Virus record (IMG/VR): IMGVR_UViG_3300030099_006533
Source of the DNA: a virus
Strand: one strand, 5' to 3'
Length of the DNA: 64,000 nt
Shown: piece by piece, positions 10,319-20,501 of the stretch
How positions within the stretch are numbered: the stretch's first letter is position 1
Layout: each line of letters opens with the position of its first letter
The notes under the pieces: model-generated
Told to the model about the DNA's origin: nothing
What the model saw: only the letters and a program-made list of their open reading frames with translations
The model's database searches: none
Made by a program: the position numbers and the translations under genes

Positions 10319-10398
10319 CGGCGCGCCCACAGGGAGGCATAGGGTTATCAGGTGCCTCACTCTTTACATAGTATGAACTTTGCCAGTTTTAGGAGATA

Positions 10399-11523
10399 TT
10401 GATGGCAAGAAGGAAAAAGTCTGCTGGTGCGGGTAAGATGTCTATTGCTGACATGCGCGCCATCATTAACAAGAAAGCTGGTATGGAAGTTGCCCACGAC
10501 CTGTCTGGCGAGAACCCCACAGCGGTAAAGGATTGGATTCCTACCGGCTCTCGGTGGTTAGATTCGATTATCTGCAAGGGTTCCCGAGCAGGCATTCCAG
10601 TGGGCAAGGTCACAGAGATTGCGGGCCTGGAAGCGTCTGGTAAGTCGTTTCTTGCGGCCCAAGTTGCAGCAAATGCACAGCAGATGGGTATCGACGTCAT
10701 TTACTTCGATTCTGAGTCTGCTATTGACCCGGCATTTCTTGAACGCGCTGGCTGTGATGTGGACACACTACTATATGTACAGGCGACGTCAGTTGAGTTT
10801 GTGTTGGAGACCATCGAAGATCTTCTCTCAAACAATGAGAATCGGATGCTGTTTATCTGGGACTCGCTGGCTCTTACGCCCTCTATATCAGATGTAGAAG
10901 GTGACTTCAACCCACAGTCATCTATGGCCGTGAAGGCTCGTATCCTTGCAAAGGGAATGAGTAAACTTACGGTCCCAATCGCCAATTCGCAGAGCACCTT
11001 TCTGGTACTGAATCAGCTTAAGTCAAATATCACCCGCTCCCCGTCAGAGGCACTTGTAACGCCCTATATGACTCCGGGCGGCAAGGCAATGATCTATGCC
11101 TATTCGCTGCGAATCTGGCTTACAGGCCGCAAGGCGAAGGCTAGCTACATTACCGATGAGAAGGGCTTCCGCATCGGCTCTGAGGTAAAGGTAAAGTTGG
11201 AGAAGTCGCGCTTTGGAACCCAGGGCCGACAGTGCAACTTTAAGATTCTATGGGGCACACATGCAGTTGGAGTGCAGGACCGAGAATCATGGTTTGAGGC
11301 TATTAAGGGCTCGGACCACATCAAGCAAGCTGGCGCATGGTTTACTCTCGTATATGCCGATGGCACAGAAGAGCGATTCCAAGCATCAAAGTGGATTTCT
11401 AAGCTAGAGAACGAGAAGTTCCTCGCCCGAGTCGAAGAAATCATGGACATTGAAGTTGTCCAAAAATTCAACAACCGAGAAGGTTCAGCCGAAGATTTTT
11501 ATGGAGAAAAGGATGAACAATAA
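10399..11523 (+). CDS. recA: RecA/UvsX recombinase
   Basis: IPTGS..LD, Walker A GLEASGKS, YFDSESAID, IWDSLA, VLNQL, TPGGKA. Confidence 0.95.
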   Translation: MMARRKKSAGAGKMSIADMRAIINKKAGMEVAHDLSGENPTAVKDWIPTGSRWLDSIICKGSRAGIPVGKVTEIAGLEASGKSFLAAQVAANAQQMGIDVIYFDSESAIDPAFLERAGCDVDTLLYVQATSVEFVLETIEDLLSNNENRMLFIWDSLALTPSISDVEGDFNPQSSMAVKARILAKGMSKLTVPIANSQSTFLVLNQLKSNITRSPSEALVTPYMTPGGKAMIYAYSLRIWLTGRKAKASYITDEKGFRIGSEVKVKLEKSRFGTQGRQCNFKILWGTHAVGVQDRESWFEAIKGSDHIKQAGAWFTLVYADGTEERFQASKWISKLENEKFLARVEEIMDIEVVQKFNNREGSAEDFYGEKDEQ

Positions 11524-12733
11524 CATTCAAGCAAAAATGACCCAATGGGGCCCCGCAACAGTAAGCGACAATATTATTCAACGTTGCATGGAAAGCGCGT
11601 CAGCATCAGCGGACGAGTATATTAAGGCCGCTGATTACCTAAACCGCCAGGGCCTAGAAGTTGTCCATGTTCCTAATTTTGACTATGCTGCTCACACCTC
11701 GTGGGCTCCAAAGGATAGTCCACTACTTAAGGAAGCACAGACCCGGGCTGGAGGTCTTAACGCAATTAAGGCTAATCGATACAAGGACCGCTTTGATGAC
11801 GGTGAGACTCTTAAGCGCCCACCCATTGAGTTCTGGACAGGAGAGGAGACCATCCCAGGGATCGGCCACACTCGTACCGATGCCAAGCGTCGCTCTACAA
11901 ACTCTGTTGGTCCGGCCTTTTTCGTTGACCTATCAGCTAAGTCAAAGTTGGCTCAACGTGCCATCATTTTGGAGATCGCAAGTTATGGCAACAAGGAGTC
12001 CAAGGACGACCGTGACCTTGACTCAATGAGCGATGCCGCAAAGCAGTCGGTAGCTTACTGGAATATCGTCATGGAGATGGATCCCGATGCCGACGCCTCT
12101 GAGTTGGCCCTAAAAGAACAGCTTAAGCTACGAACTGAATATGACAAGCTCTCAACAGACGAGGAAAAGGAGGAGTTTCGACTCAACTGGCACGCTAGTT
12201 GGATGGATGCGAGATACCAGTATCAGTTCCGCAACCAAGGCGAGCGAACCAAGATTTACAAGGTTGCATTTACGGAGGCTCGTTTCTCACCACTAAAGGA
12301 AGAGGAGTGGACCGCCGAGGGCTTGGCAGACGTATATACTAGGTTCTGGCCCAACAACGAGTGGAACCCCACGGAGTGGTCCATCAAGGAAAAGCCAGAA
12401 ACTTCAGTACACCAGTTTATTACCGGGTTCGCAACACACAGTCGCAACTATCGACGCACTGTATCGGATTTGGGCTGGAACTATGATGGCACATACACTG
12501 TAGAGACTATGATTTATGGCAACCCAAAGGTAACAAACCCAGACACTCGCGCTGCAAATATTGAGTCTCACCTTAAGGTATTGACCGAGTACAATAACAA
12601 TGCACGCCGTACAAAGTGGGGCCTACCAGAGTACAAGAAGGTAATCTTTTTGCAGGGCTTGATCACTGAAGATGATGACAGTTACGCATACGAGTGGAAC
12701 ACCCAGCACAGGCGTTTTGATCAAGTAAAATAA
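11513..12733 (+). CDS. Hypothetical protein with putative ParB/sulfiredoxin-like domain
   Basis: QTR..RPPIEF..IPGIGHTRTDA resembles ParB-N (PI.V..GxxR..A); start moved to ATG 11513. Confidence 0.45.
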   Translation: MNNNIQAKMTQWGPATVSDNIIQRCMESASASADEYIKAADYLNRQGLEVVHVPNFDYAAHTSWAPKDSPLLKEAQTRAGGLNAIKANRYKDRFDDGETLKRPPIEFWTGEETIPGIGHTRTDAKRRSTNSVGPAFFVDLSAKSKLAQRAIILEIASYGNKESKDDRDLDSMSDAAKQSVAYWNIVMEMDPDADASELALKEQLKLRTEYDKLSTDEEKEEFRLNWHASWMDARYQYQFRNQGERTKIYKVAFTEARFSPLKEEEWTAEGLADVYTRFWPNNEWNPTEWSIKEKPETSVHQFITGFATHSRNYRRTVSDLGWNYDGTYTVETMIYGNPKVTNPDTRAANIESHLKVLTEYNNNARRTKWGLPEYKKVIFLQGLITEDDDSYAYEWNTQHRRFDQVK

Positions 12734-12759
12734 AAGATCACTTCTTTTTAAAAAAGTGC

Positions 12760-12788
12760 TTGACTATATATCTAATGGATGTTATATT
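12760..12788 (+). promoter_or_regulatory. sigma70-type promoter
   Basis: TTGACT-17bp-TATATT. Confidence 0.65.
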
Positions 12789-12810
12789 AATAACATAAGG
12801 AGAAAACATT

Positions 12811-13263
12811 ATGAAATCAAGCATCTTGCTAGCCTTTGTCGCCCTTATGAGTACGGGCTGTTTTTCAGCCCATGCTCATTATACGCCGCCAATCGTATAT
12901 GCACCCCCCGCTCAACCAGCAGTGGTGATTACGCCCAGTTCCGTGGCTATCCAGTGGCACTATGTGTATATTAACACGACTTGGGTCCGCCGTGCCGGTC
13001 CACCTCCACGCGGCTCGGTTTACCATGCACACCCTTCGCATCGCCACTCGGTGATTGTACACCGCTCCTCCAGTGGCCATCGCGCACCAGCATATCGCTC
13101 TAGTAGCCGGTCAACCAATCACAGGCATGTGGTTAGGCCTAGCAACTCTCAGCGCCGCTCCTCGGTTCGGACTAGCCAAAGTCGCAGTTCAACTAGGAAC
13201 TCACACAGCCGGGGCACAAACCAGACCAACAACAAGAACGGCCGTTCAACTCGTCGTCGCTAG
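12811..13263 (+). CDS. Putative lipoprotein with His/Ser/Arg-rich tail
   Basis: Signal peptide with lipobox-like STGC; low-complexity basic C-terminus; SD AGGAG. Confidence 0.55.
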   Translation: MKSSILLAFVALMSTGCFSAHAHYTPPIVYAPPAQPAVVITPSSVAIQWHYVYINTTWVRRAGPPPRGSVYHAHPSHRHSVIVHRSSSGHRAPAYRSSSRSTNHRHVVRPSNSQRRSSVRTSQSRSSTRNSHSRGTNQTNNKNGRSTRRR

Positions 13264-13272
13264 GAGGCTACA

Positions 13273-13785
13273 ATGTTTAAGAAGCTAATCTCTATCCTGC
13301 TTTTGGCAGCCACAGGCTGTGTCCCTGCAACCCCTGGTACCTTGTCTGGTGGTGTCAGTTACCAACACGACGGCTACGGTCCAACCGTGCACGATCAACA
13401 CCATAGCGGCTACGGTCCAATTATTGTTGACGCATACGCGGAGTGTTGGGAGTACTACCACGACTGGGGTGGCTGGGGCTGGTACTTTGACGCAGTTGTT
13501 GATCACCCATACGGCCCATCTGAGATTGAGTCTGTGTGGGTAGACATCTACGGCCCCTACAGCAGCGCACACTACGCACTATACGATGGAATCACGCTTC
13601 AATACCCAGTCGAAGCCCCAGGTGCAGAAATGTATGGTTTTTCTACTGTGCCAAATGATGGTCTTTGGATGTACTCTACAAAAGAGTCGCCACCACTTAA
13701 TTGTTACTCTGGCACCGCTTACGAGATTCATACCACGGCGTACGATTGGGACGGAAACTATCAGACTGTCATTCAATATCTTTAA
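13273..13785 (+). CDS. Putative lipoprotein
   Basis: MFKKLISILLLAATGC lipobox-like signal; SD GGAGG. Confidence 0.55.
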   Translation: MFKKLISILLLAATGCVPATPGTLSGGVSYQHDGYGPTVHDQHHSGYGPIIVDAYAECWEYYHDWGGWGWYFDAVVDHPYGPSEIESVWVDIYGPYSSAHYALYDGITLQYPVEAPGAEMYGFSTVPNDGLWMYSTKESPPLNCYSGTAYEIHTTAYDWDGNYQTVIQYL

Positions 13786-13794
13786 AATTTCCTC

Positions 13795-13823
13795 TTGACT
13801 TGAGCCTCCTTATCTGTTATATT
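13795..13823 (+). promoter_or_regulatory. sigma70-type promoter
   Basis: TTGACT-17bp-TATATT. Confidence 0.65.
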
Positions 13824-13845
13824 ATTAATAGTTAAGGAGGCTCAA

Positions 13846-14268
13846 ATGTATTCAACTGACGACGGCACCATACATGAACTGCGCGGCCGACACAAGAGGT
13901 TTATCGAGGCCTCAGCACGCACAGCAGAAGACTCGGAATTTCCCAACTACCGACACGGTGCCCTTCTTGTTCGCGGTGGATCAATTATAAGTTCCGCTTT
14001 CAACAAGAGTAACCATATCAACTGGGCGAATAAGTTCCGCAACAAAGATTGTGGCCATGCAACCCACCACGCAGAAGTGGGAGCTGTCCTCGGAATGGCC
14101 CGCGAAAAAACGACAGGTGCAACGATGTATGTTGCCAGGATCGGTAAAACAGGAGAGCTTAAAATGTCAAAACCTTGCGAAATGTGCCAACAAGTGCTTG
14201 CACATGTGGGTGTAAAAAAGGTATACTATAGCATCGATGACGAACACATTGGTTGTATCAAACTGTAA
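13846..14268 (+). CDS. CMP/dCMP-type zinc deaminase
   Basis: HGALLV, HAE and PCEMC motifs. Confidence 0.85.
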   Translation: MYSTDDGTIHELRGRHKRFIEASARTAEDSEFPNYRHGALLVRGGSIISSAFNKSNHINWANKFRNKDCGHATHHAEVGAVLGMAREKTTGATMYVARIGKTGELKMSKPCEMCQQVLAHVGVKKVYYSIDDEHIGCIKL

Positions 14269-14279
14269 CTAACGGAGAA

Positions 14280-15221
14280 ATGATGAAGAATTTTGGTTAT
14301 GCCTGTATCAATATGGGCTTTTCTACACGTCCTAAGTCCAAGCGGATTACTACTAATCGTACAATGATCAAGCGCACGTTCCTTGAGAAGGGTATTGAGT
14401 ATGCTTCCGAGCTTGCGCTGCAAAACCTACGCGATCTGCGCACTATTCTAGAGTGGAACCTAGAGAACGATATTTACTTCTACCGCCTGTCTTCAGACAT
14501 CATCCCTTGGGCCAGCGAGTACGAACTTACAGATATGCCAAACTATGGTGCTATTCATGCTGCAGCACTATCTGCCGGCAACTTCGCTCGCGAGCACGGG
14601 ATGCGCCTCACTTCACACCCTGGCCCGTTCAACAAGCTTGCATCCCCCAAGGAACGCGTCTATCAGCTTACAGCCAAAGACCTGACCGTGCATGCTGACC
14701 TGTTTGATCTCATTGGTCTGCCTCGCACACCCTATGCCAAGCTCAATATTCATGTCGGTGCAGCCTATGGCGATAAGCCCTTTGCACTTGACAACTTCTG
14801 TCGCAACTTCGAACGCCTACCGGAGTCCGTGCGATCCCGCCTGACTGTCGAGAATGATGACAAGCCGTCACTGTATTCTACCAAGGAGTTGTATGACGGT
14901 GTGTACAAACGCATTGGTATTCCTATTGTATTCGACTATCACCACCACATGCTCCACCCCGGAGGTCAGACTGAGCAGGAAGCACTAGAGCTAGCCCTGT
15001 CTACATGGGGCGATATCAAGCCTGTGGTCCACTATGCCGAGTCCCGGTCGCTAGAGCACAACAACCCCAAGATCAAGCCGCAAGCGCACTCTGATCGCGT
15101 TGTGCGCCCGTTTGACGACTACGGCCACGACCTCGACGTTATGATCGAAGCAAAGCACAAAGAGCTTGCACTTCTTGAGTATCGTGATATAATGAATGGA
15201 CAGATTAGGGAGGCATCATGA
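14280..15221 (+). CDS. uvsE: UV damage endonuclease UvsE/UVDE
   Basis: FGYACIN, FYRLSSD, HPGPF, IHVG, ENDDK, FDYHHH, QAHSD, MIEAKHKE. Confidence 0.95.
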   Translation: MMKNFGYACINMGFSTRPKSKRITTNRTMIKRTFLEKGIEYASELALQNLRDLRTILEWNLENDIYFYRLSSDIIPWASEYELTDMPNYGAIHAAALSAGNFAREHGMRLTSHPGPFNKLASPKERVYQLTAKDLTVHADLFDLIGLPRTPYAKLNIHVGAAYGDKPFALDNFCRNFERLPESVRSRLTVENDDKPSLYSTKELYDGVYKRIGIPIVFDYHHHMLHPGGQTEQEALELALSTWGDIKPVVHYAESRSLEHNNPKIKPQAHSDRVVRPFDDYGHDLDVMIEAKHKELALLEYRDIMNGQIREAS

Positions 15222-15943
15222 GTGACGCTTATGCAAAAAGTGTAGAACTATACTCTGACGGAATTGGAAGAGTAGACTATGTAAACCACATGGGTGACGA
15301 CCTTACCGTCGTAAACAGCGCGCGCGTTTCATTCGGCGTGCAGAAGGATACACTAGATGAGAGAGACAAGAAGCTCATCAACTACCTTATTAGGCATCAG
15401 CACACTTCGACTTTGGAGCACAATCTCATTACTTTCAGGTTCTGTGTTCCTCTGTTCGTTCGGTCTCAGCACCATCGTCATCGAACATGGTCTTATAATG
15501 AGATTTCTCGACGCTATACCGATGTAAACATCCAGTTTTATGAACCGGATTCATTTAGGACACAGCACAAGAGCAATCGACAGGCAAGCAATGCTGAAGA
15601 GTTGATTAATCCGCTTACTTCCTATCCTAATAAGGAGCAATATTCGGCCATGCCCGCAGCATCAGCCGTGAGGCTTCACAACCAAAATAGCCTGCTTCTT
15701 TTTGAGAGGCTTGTTGAATCTGGGGTGTGTAGGGAGCAGGCCCGAGGCGTCTTGTCTCAGAATATGTATACAGAATATTATGGAACTGTTAATCTATCTA
15801 ACTTGCTCAAGTTCATTCAGCTACGAACTCATGTGGGAGCACAGTGGGAAATCCAAAAAGTCGCAGAAGCGTGCTTGGAAATTGCCACGGATCTTTTCCC
15901 AGAAACAGTAGGGGCCTATCGCAACATCAGGAGTGCAGCATGA
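15218..15943 (+). CDS. thyX: FAD-dependent thymidylate synthase
   Basis: VVNSARVSF, RSQHHRHRTWSYNEISRRY motif, EQARGVL, AQWEI. Confidence 0.95.
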   Translation: MSDAYAKSVELYSDGIGRVDYVNHMGDDLTVVNSARVSFGVQKDTLDERDKKLINYLIRHQHTSTLEHNLITFRFCVPLFVRSQHHRHRTWSYNEISRRYTDVNIQFYEPDSFRTQHKSNRQASNAEELINPLTSYPNKEQYSAMPAASAVRLHNQNSLLLFERLVESGVCREQARGVLSQNMYTEYYGTVNLSNLLKFIQLRTHVGAQWEIQKVAEACLEIATDLFPETVGAYRNIRSAA

Positions 15944-16914
15944 AACGAGTGCTTATTGTTGACGCACTAAACATGTTCTTCAGGGCTTACATTGTAGACC
16001 CCAGTCTTTCAACCAATGGGCAGCCTATTGGCGGCCTCAAGGGTTTTCTCAAGATTCTGCAGAAGCAGATCCGCGAGACCAAGCCTGATCAGGTGGTTAT
16101 TGCGTGGGATGGCTTTGGCGGATCCCGCAAGCGCAAGTCTGTAAATAAGAACTACAAGGAAGGTCGCAAGCCTATCCGTCTAAATCGCTCTATCCGAAAC
16201 ATGACAGAGAATGAGGAGATGGAAAACAAGGTATGGCAGCAGACCCGCGTGTTTGACTACCTTAACGAGATGCCAATTGCACAGATCATGCTTCCCGAGG
16301 TGGAGGCCGATGATGTCATTGCAGCAGTGACCAATCTGGATTACTATAAGGGTTGGCAAAAGGTAATCGTATCCAGCGATAAGGACTTTTTACAGTTGTG
16401 CGATCACGAGACCGTACTGTACCGACCAATCCAGAAGGTGGTAATGAACCGAAATAAGGTCATTGAAGAGTACGGTATTCACCCGGTCAACATGGCCCTT
16501 GCTCGTGCAATTGTGGGCGACAAGTCGGACAACCTTGACGGCATCCCCGGCATCGGCCTAAAGACTGTTGCCAAGCGCTTTCCGTTTATGGAGAATGAGG
16601 AATATTGCACAATTGATAACCTTGTGGAGCACTGTCAATCACACGAGGACTCCAAGCTCAAGGTGTACCAGTCAATTGTAGAGAATCGTGAACTAATTGA
16701 AGAAAACTACGGACTTATGCAGTTGTACGTCCCCTCGCTTTCGGTGCAGGGAAAGCAAAAAATTAAGTATACTGTAGAAAATGCAGAAAAATTCTTCAAT
16801 CAAACTGAAATCAATGTTATGATGCTTGAGGATGGAATGGGAGTGTGGGACTGGTCAACCCTGTTCACAACCATGAAGCGAATTGTATCAGACAACAAGA
16901 ACCGAGAAGAGTAA
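15940..16914 (+). CDS. 5'-3' exonuclease (FEN/T4 RNase H/Pol I N-terminal-like)
   Basis: LIVDALN, AWDG, YKEGR, EADDVIA, SSDKDFLQL, GDKSDNLDGIPGIGLKT. Confidence 0.92.
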   Translation: MKRVLIVDALNMFFRAYIVDPSLSTNGQPIGGLKGFLKILQKQIRETKPDQVVIAWDGFGGSRKRKSVNKNYKEGRKPIRLNRSIRNMTENEEMENKVWQQTRVFDYLNEMPIAQIMLPEVEADDVIAAVTNLDYYKGWQKVIVSSDKDFLQLCDHETVLYRPIQKVVMNRNKVIEEYGIHPVNMALARAIVGDKSDNLDGIPGIGLKTVAKRFPFMENEEYCTIDNLVEHCQSHEDSKLKVYQSIVENRELIEENYGLMQLYVPSLSVQGKQKIKYTVENAEKFFNQTEINVMMLEDGMGVWDWSTLFTTMKRIVSDNKNREE

Positions 16915-18273
16915 ATGGAAGAAAAGGCATCTTTTAGCCGCTACGGGAAAAACTTCCAAGAGGGCCTATGTCAGCTTATCTTGGAAGATCGCCCCTTTGC
17001 TGATCGTATAACGGAAGTGCTCGACTTGAACTTTCTTGAGCTGTCTTATCTACAGACATTTGCCAAGAAGATCATCAATTACCGTGAAAAGTATGGTGTA
17101 CATCCAACGTATAACACCATGCTCACGATCTTTCGCACGGAGCTAGAGGAAGAGCCAGAGATCGTCCAGACTCAGGTACGCAAGTATTTCGCTCGCATTC
17201 ACAAGAGCGACGTCGAAGGCCCAGACTATATTAAGGAAGTTTCTTTGGATTTCTGCCGCAAGCAGAAACTGAAAGAGGCAATGCTCCAATCAGTAAAGTT
17301 GCTCAAGACTTCCTCGTATGATGAAATCTCACAAACCATCAATGATGCCCTAAAGCTTGGTTCAGACAACAATTTTGGATACGACTATGTGGTTGATTTT
17401 GAGGAGCGATTTAAGTTCAAGGCCCGCGACCCGGTAACTACTGGTTGGGACGAAATTGACGACATCTGCAAACAAGGCCTTGGAAAAGGTGAGTTGGGGG
17501 TTGTCATCGCACCCACAGGCGCCGGCAAGTCCATGGTTTTGGTCCATCTGGGCTCAACGGCTGTTCAGGCCGGCAAGACCGTTGTACACTATACATTAGA
17601 GTTGCGAGATACCACTATTGCCTGTCGATATGACAGCTGTCTCACGGGTATCCCCCTTGGTGAGTTGACAAATTTTAAGGATGACATTTTTGAGGCAGTG
17701 CAAGAGGTAGAAGGTCAGCTGATCGTCAAGGAGTATCCTACTAAATCAGCCAGTATTAAAACCATCAAAACGCACTTAGAGACTCTAAAAAAGAGGGATA
17801 TTCATCCCGATATGATCATCGTTGATTATGCAGATCTGTTGCGATCAATTAGCAATCATCGAGAGAAAAGAATGGAACTTGAATCTATTTATGAAGGACT
17901 ACGAGGTCTAGCACAGGAGTTCGACTGCGGAATTTGGACAGCTTCACAAACGAATCGTTCTGGCCTTAATGCTGAGGTTATTACGATGGAGTCAATTTCC
18001 GAAGCGTTTAACAAGTGCTTCGTCGCGGACTTCATCTTCTCAGTCTCCAGAACAGTTCAGGACAAGACGACCAACAGCGGCAGAATCTTCGTTGCAAAGA
18101 ATCGAAATGGTCCAGACGGGATTATCTATCCTATCTATATGGACACAAGTCGGGTAAAGATCAAAGTCTTCGCCAGTCAAAATGAAACAATTGAAAGTGT
18201 GGCCGCTGTATCAGCCAAAGAGCAACAAAAGTCACTAAAAGAAAAGTACAAGAAATTTAAGGAGAACAATTAG
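16915..18273 (+). CDS. dnaB: DnaB-like replicative helicase (gp41-like)
   Basis: Walker A APTGAGKS, YTLEL, IVDYADLL, WTASQTNR, KNRNG. Confidence 0.9.
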   Translation: MEEKASFSRYGKNFQEGLCQLILEDRPFADRITEVLDLNFLELSYLQTFAKKIINYREKYGVHPTYNTMLTIFRTELEEEPEIVQTQVRKYFARIHKSDVEGPDYIKEVSLDFCRKQKLKEAMLQSVKLLKTSSYDEISQTINDALKLGSDNNFGYDYVVDFEERFKFKARDPVTTGWDEIDDICKQGLGKGELGVVIAPTGAGKSMVLVHLGSTAVQAGKTVVHYTLELRDTTIACRYDSCLTGIPLGELTNFKDDIFEAVQEVEGQLIVKEYPTKSASIKTIKTHLETLKKRDIHPDMIIVDYADLLRSISNHREKRMELESIYEGLRGLAQEFDCGIWTASQTNRSGLNAEVITMESISEAFNKCFVADFIFSVSRTVQDKTTNSGRIFVAKNRNGPDGIIYPIYMDTSRVKIKVFASQNETIESVAAVSAKEQQKSLKEKYKKFKENN

Positions 18274-18275
18274 TA

Positions 18276-20243
18276 ATGAAAGAGACAACCGTGAGAAAGT
18301 TCCGACTATCGGACACATTTATTGAGCCCTATACAACTGCCGAGGTGCCCTGGGGCCCCCTAGGGTATGTTACGTTTAAACGCACATATGCTCGTAGGCT
18401 GAGCGAGTTTGAGGCAGCTGCTGAAGGCACAGAAGAGTGGTATCAGACCTGCCGACGCGTTATTGAAGGCATGTTTACAATTCAGAAACGACATGTATTC
18501 ATGCTAGGCCTTGAATGGAACGACGCCAAAGCCCAGCGCACAGCTAAGGATGCTTATGATCGCCTATTCAATCTCAAGTGGACGCCCCCGGGCCGCGGCC
18601 TTTGGATGATGGGTACCGAGTTTGTAGAAACACGCACCGGCGCCGGCCTTTTCAACTGTGCTTTCCGCTCTACACGCGATCTATCAGCAAAGGGTGGCTA
18701 TTTGTTCGCATGGATTATGGATGCCCTCATGGTTGGCATCGGCGTGGGTTTTGATACTCTCGGAGCAGGCACAGTCACTATCAAGGAGCCTAGTTGGACT
18801 GATGAGGTCTATGCAATCGAGGATTCACGAGAGGGCTGGGTTAACAGTGTTCGTCTACTGATTGACGGGTATATGTTCGGCTCCCAGGTACCGCAGTTTG
18901 ATTATTCCAATATTCGTCCTCACGGCGCCCCCATCCGCGGCTTCGGTGGCACGTCCTCCGGCCCGGATCCTCTTATTGAGTTACACGACAATCTAAAGAA
19001 TCTTTACTCTGGAAAGATCGGAGAACAGATTACTTCTGTTGACATTGTTGACACTGAAAATCTCATCGGCCGTTGTGTTGTTGCGGGTAACGTCCGCCGC
19101 TCTGCAGCGCTGGCTCTTGGCTCCCATGATGATATGGAATACTTGCAGATGAAGAACGATCAGGAGGCACTGTACCACCATCGCTGGGGCTCCAACAACT
19201 CGTTTCACGCAAAGGTGGGCATGGACTACACTTGGCATGCCAACCAGTCGCAGAACAATGGTGAGCCTGGGTATATCTGGCTTGATAACGCTCGCTCAAG
19301 GGGCCGCTTCAAAGATCCCGAGCGCTATGATGACCGCAACATTATGGGCTTTAATCCATGTGTTGAGCAACAGCTTGAAGATGCTGAGTTGTGCTGCCTA
19401 GTAGAGACGTTCCCGGCTAAGCACGAGACTTACGAAGATTACCTGAAGACTCTCAAGATTGCTTATCTATATGGCAAAACAGTAACCTTGGTGAACACCC
19501 ACTGGCCCGAGACTAATGCAATCATGCTTAAGAATCGCCGGATCGGCCTCTCACAGTCAGGTGTCGTTCAGGCGTTCAACAAGCACGGCCGACGCACAAT
19601 GCTAAACTGGTGTGATCGTGCTTATGATCATGTGCAGGATCTTGACGAACAGTATTCTAATTGGCTGTGTATTCCGCGCTCTATCAGAATGACATCTATC
19701 AAGCCTTCTGGCACCGTGTCATTGTTGAACGGCTCAACACCCGGCATCCACTTCCCAGAGGACGAGTACTACATTCGTCGCATTCGTTTCTCAACAACTT
19801 CAGAATTGCTTGAAAAACTAAAGGAAAACGGGTATACTATTGAAAAGGATGCTTATTCTCCCAACACGATGGTTGTTGAGTTCCCGGTTAGGGAGCCGTA
19901 CTTCCAGAAGGGTAAGAGGGATGCAAGTATGTGGGAGCAGCTTGAGATCGCAGCGCAGTATCAGCACTATTGGGCAGACAATTCAGTTTCTGTAACCGTA
20001 TCATTCAAGCCCGAAGAAGGCGACCAGCTTCGCGAAGCTTTGGAGATGTATGAAACCAGACTAAAAGCTGTGTCTTTCCTCAAGTACGAAGAGACTGGAT
20101 ATGAGCAGGCCCCATATGAGCCCATTACAGAGGAAAAGTATGAAGAAATGGTAAGCAGGATCACCCCGTTCCAGCGCGCCAACGTGACCACCGGTGGAGC
20201 CGGCACTAAATTTTGTGATGGAGACACCTGTGTCATAAACTAG
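18276..20243 (+). CDS. nrdJ: Class II (B12-dependent) monomeric ribonucleotide reductase
   Basis: PPGRGLW, FNCAF, VVAGNVRRSA, GFNPCVEQ, TSIKPSGTVS, C-terminal CDGDTC. Confidence 0.92.
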   Translation: MKETTVRKFRLSDTFIEPYTTAEVPWGPLGYVTFKRTYARRLSEFEAAAEGTEEWYQTCRRVIEGMFTIQKRHVFMLGLEWNDAKAQRTAKDAYDRLFNLKWTPPGRGLWMMGTEFVETRTGAGLFNCAFRSTRDLSAKGGYLFAWIMDALMVGIGVGFDTLGAGTVTIKEPSWTDEVYAIEDSREGWVNSVRLLIDGYMFGSQVPQFDYSNIRPHGAPIRGFGGTSSGPDPLIELHDNLKNLYSGKIGEQITSVDIVDTENLIGRCVVAGNVRRSAALALGSHDDMEYLQMKNDQEALYHHRWGSNNSFHAKVGMDYTWHANQSQNNGEPGYIWLDNARSRGRFKDPERYDDRNIMGFNPCVEQQLEDAELCCLVETFPAKHETYEDYLKTLKIAYLYGKTVTLVNTHWPETNAIMLKNRRIGLSQSGVVQAFNKHGRRTMLNWCDRAYDHVQDLDEQYSNWLCIPRSIRMTSIKPSGTVSLLNGSTPGIHFPEDEYYIRRIRFSTTSELLEKLKENGYTIEKDAYSPNTMVVEFPVREPYFQKGKRDASMWEQLEIAAQYQHYWADNSVSVTVSFKPEEGDQLREALEMYETRLKAVSFLKYEETGYEQAPYEPITEEKYEEMVSRITPFQRANVTTGGAGTKFCDGDTCVIN

Positions 20244-20255
20244 GAGTTTAGTAAA

Positions 20256-20501
20256 GTGCGATATACCAAACTAAATCATTTGCTGGAAGCTCGATTAGCT
20301 AAAGGCACTTGTGCTGGCACTAACAGACTTCACCACTGGGTCGCTAGTGGTGAAGTCAGGGCAACTCAGGGACAAAATGTGTTTGTTAGCTTGAGGTGTC
20401 AGCGATGTAATATGAGAGAAACAGCATTATTAAATGCTAGCCAATATGAACTACAAAAACGAGTTATTAATAACTCACTTAACGAGCAGGAGAAGCTATG
20501 A
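20256..20501 (+). CDS. Hypothetical small protein with CxxC
   Basis: In operon, SD GGAG; LRCQRC. Confidence 0.45.
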   Translation: MRYTKLNHLLEARLAKGTCAGTNRLHHWVASGEVRATQGQNVFVSLRCQRCNMRETALLNASQYELQKRVINNSLNEQEKL

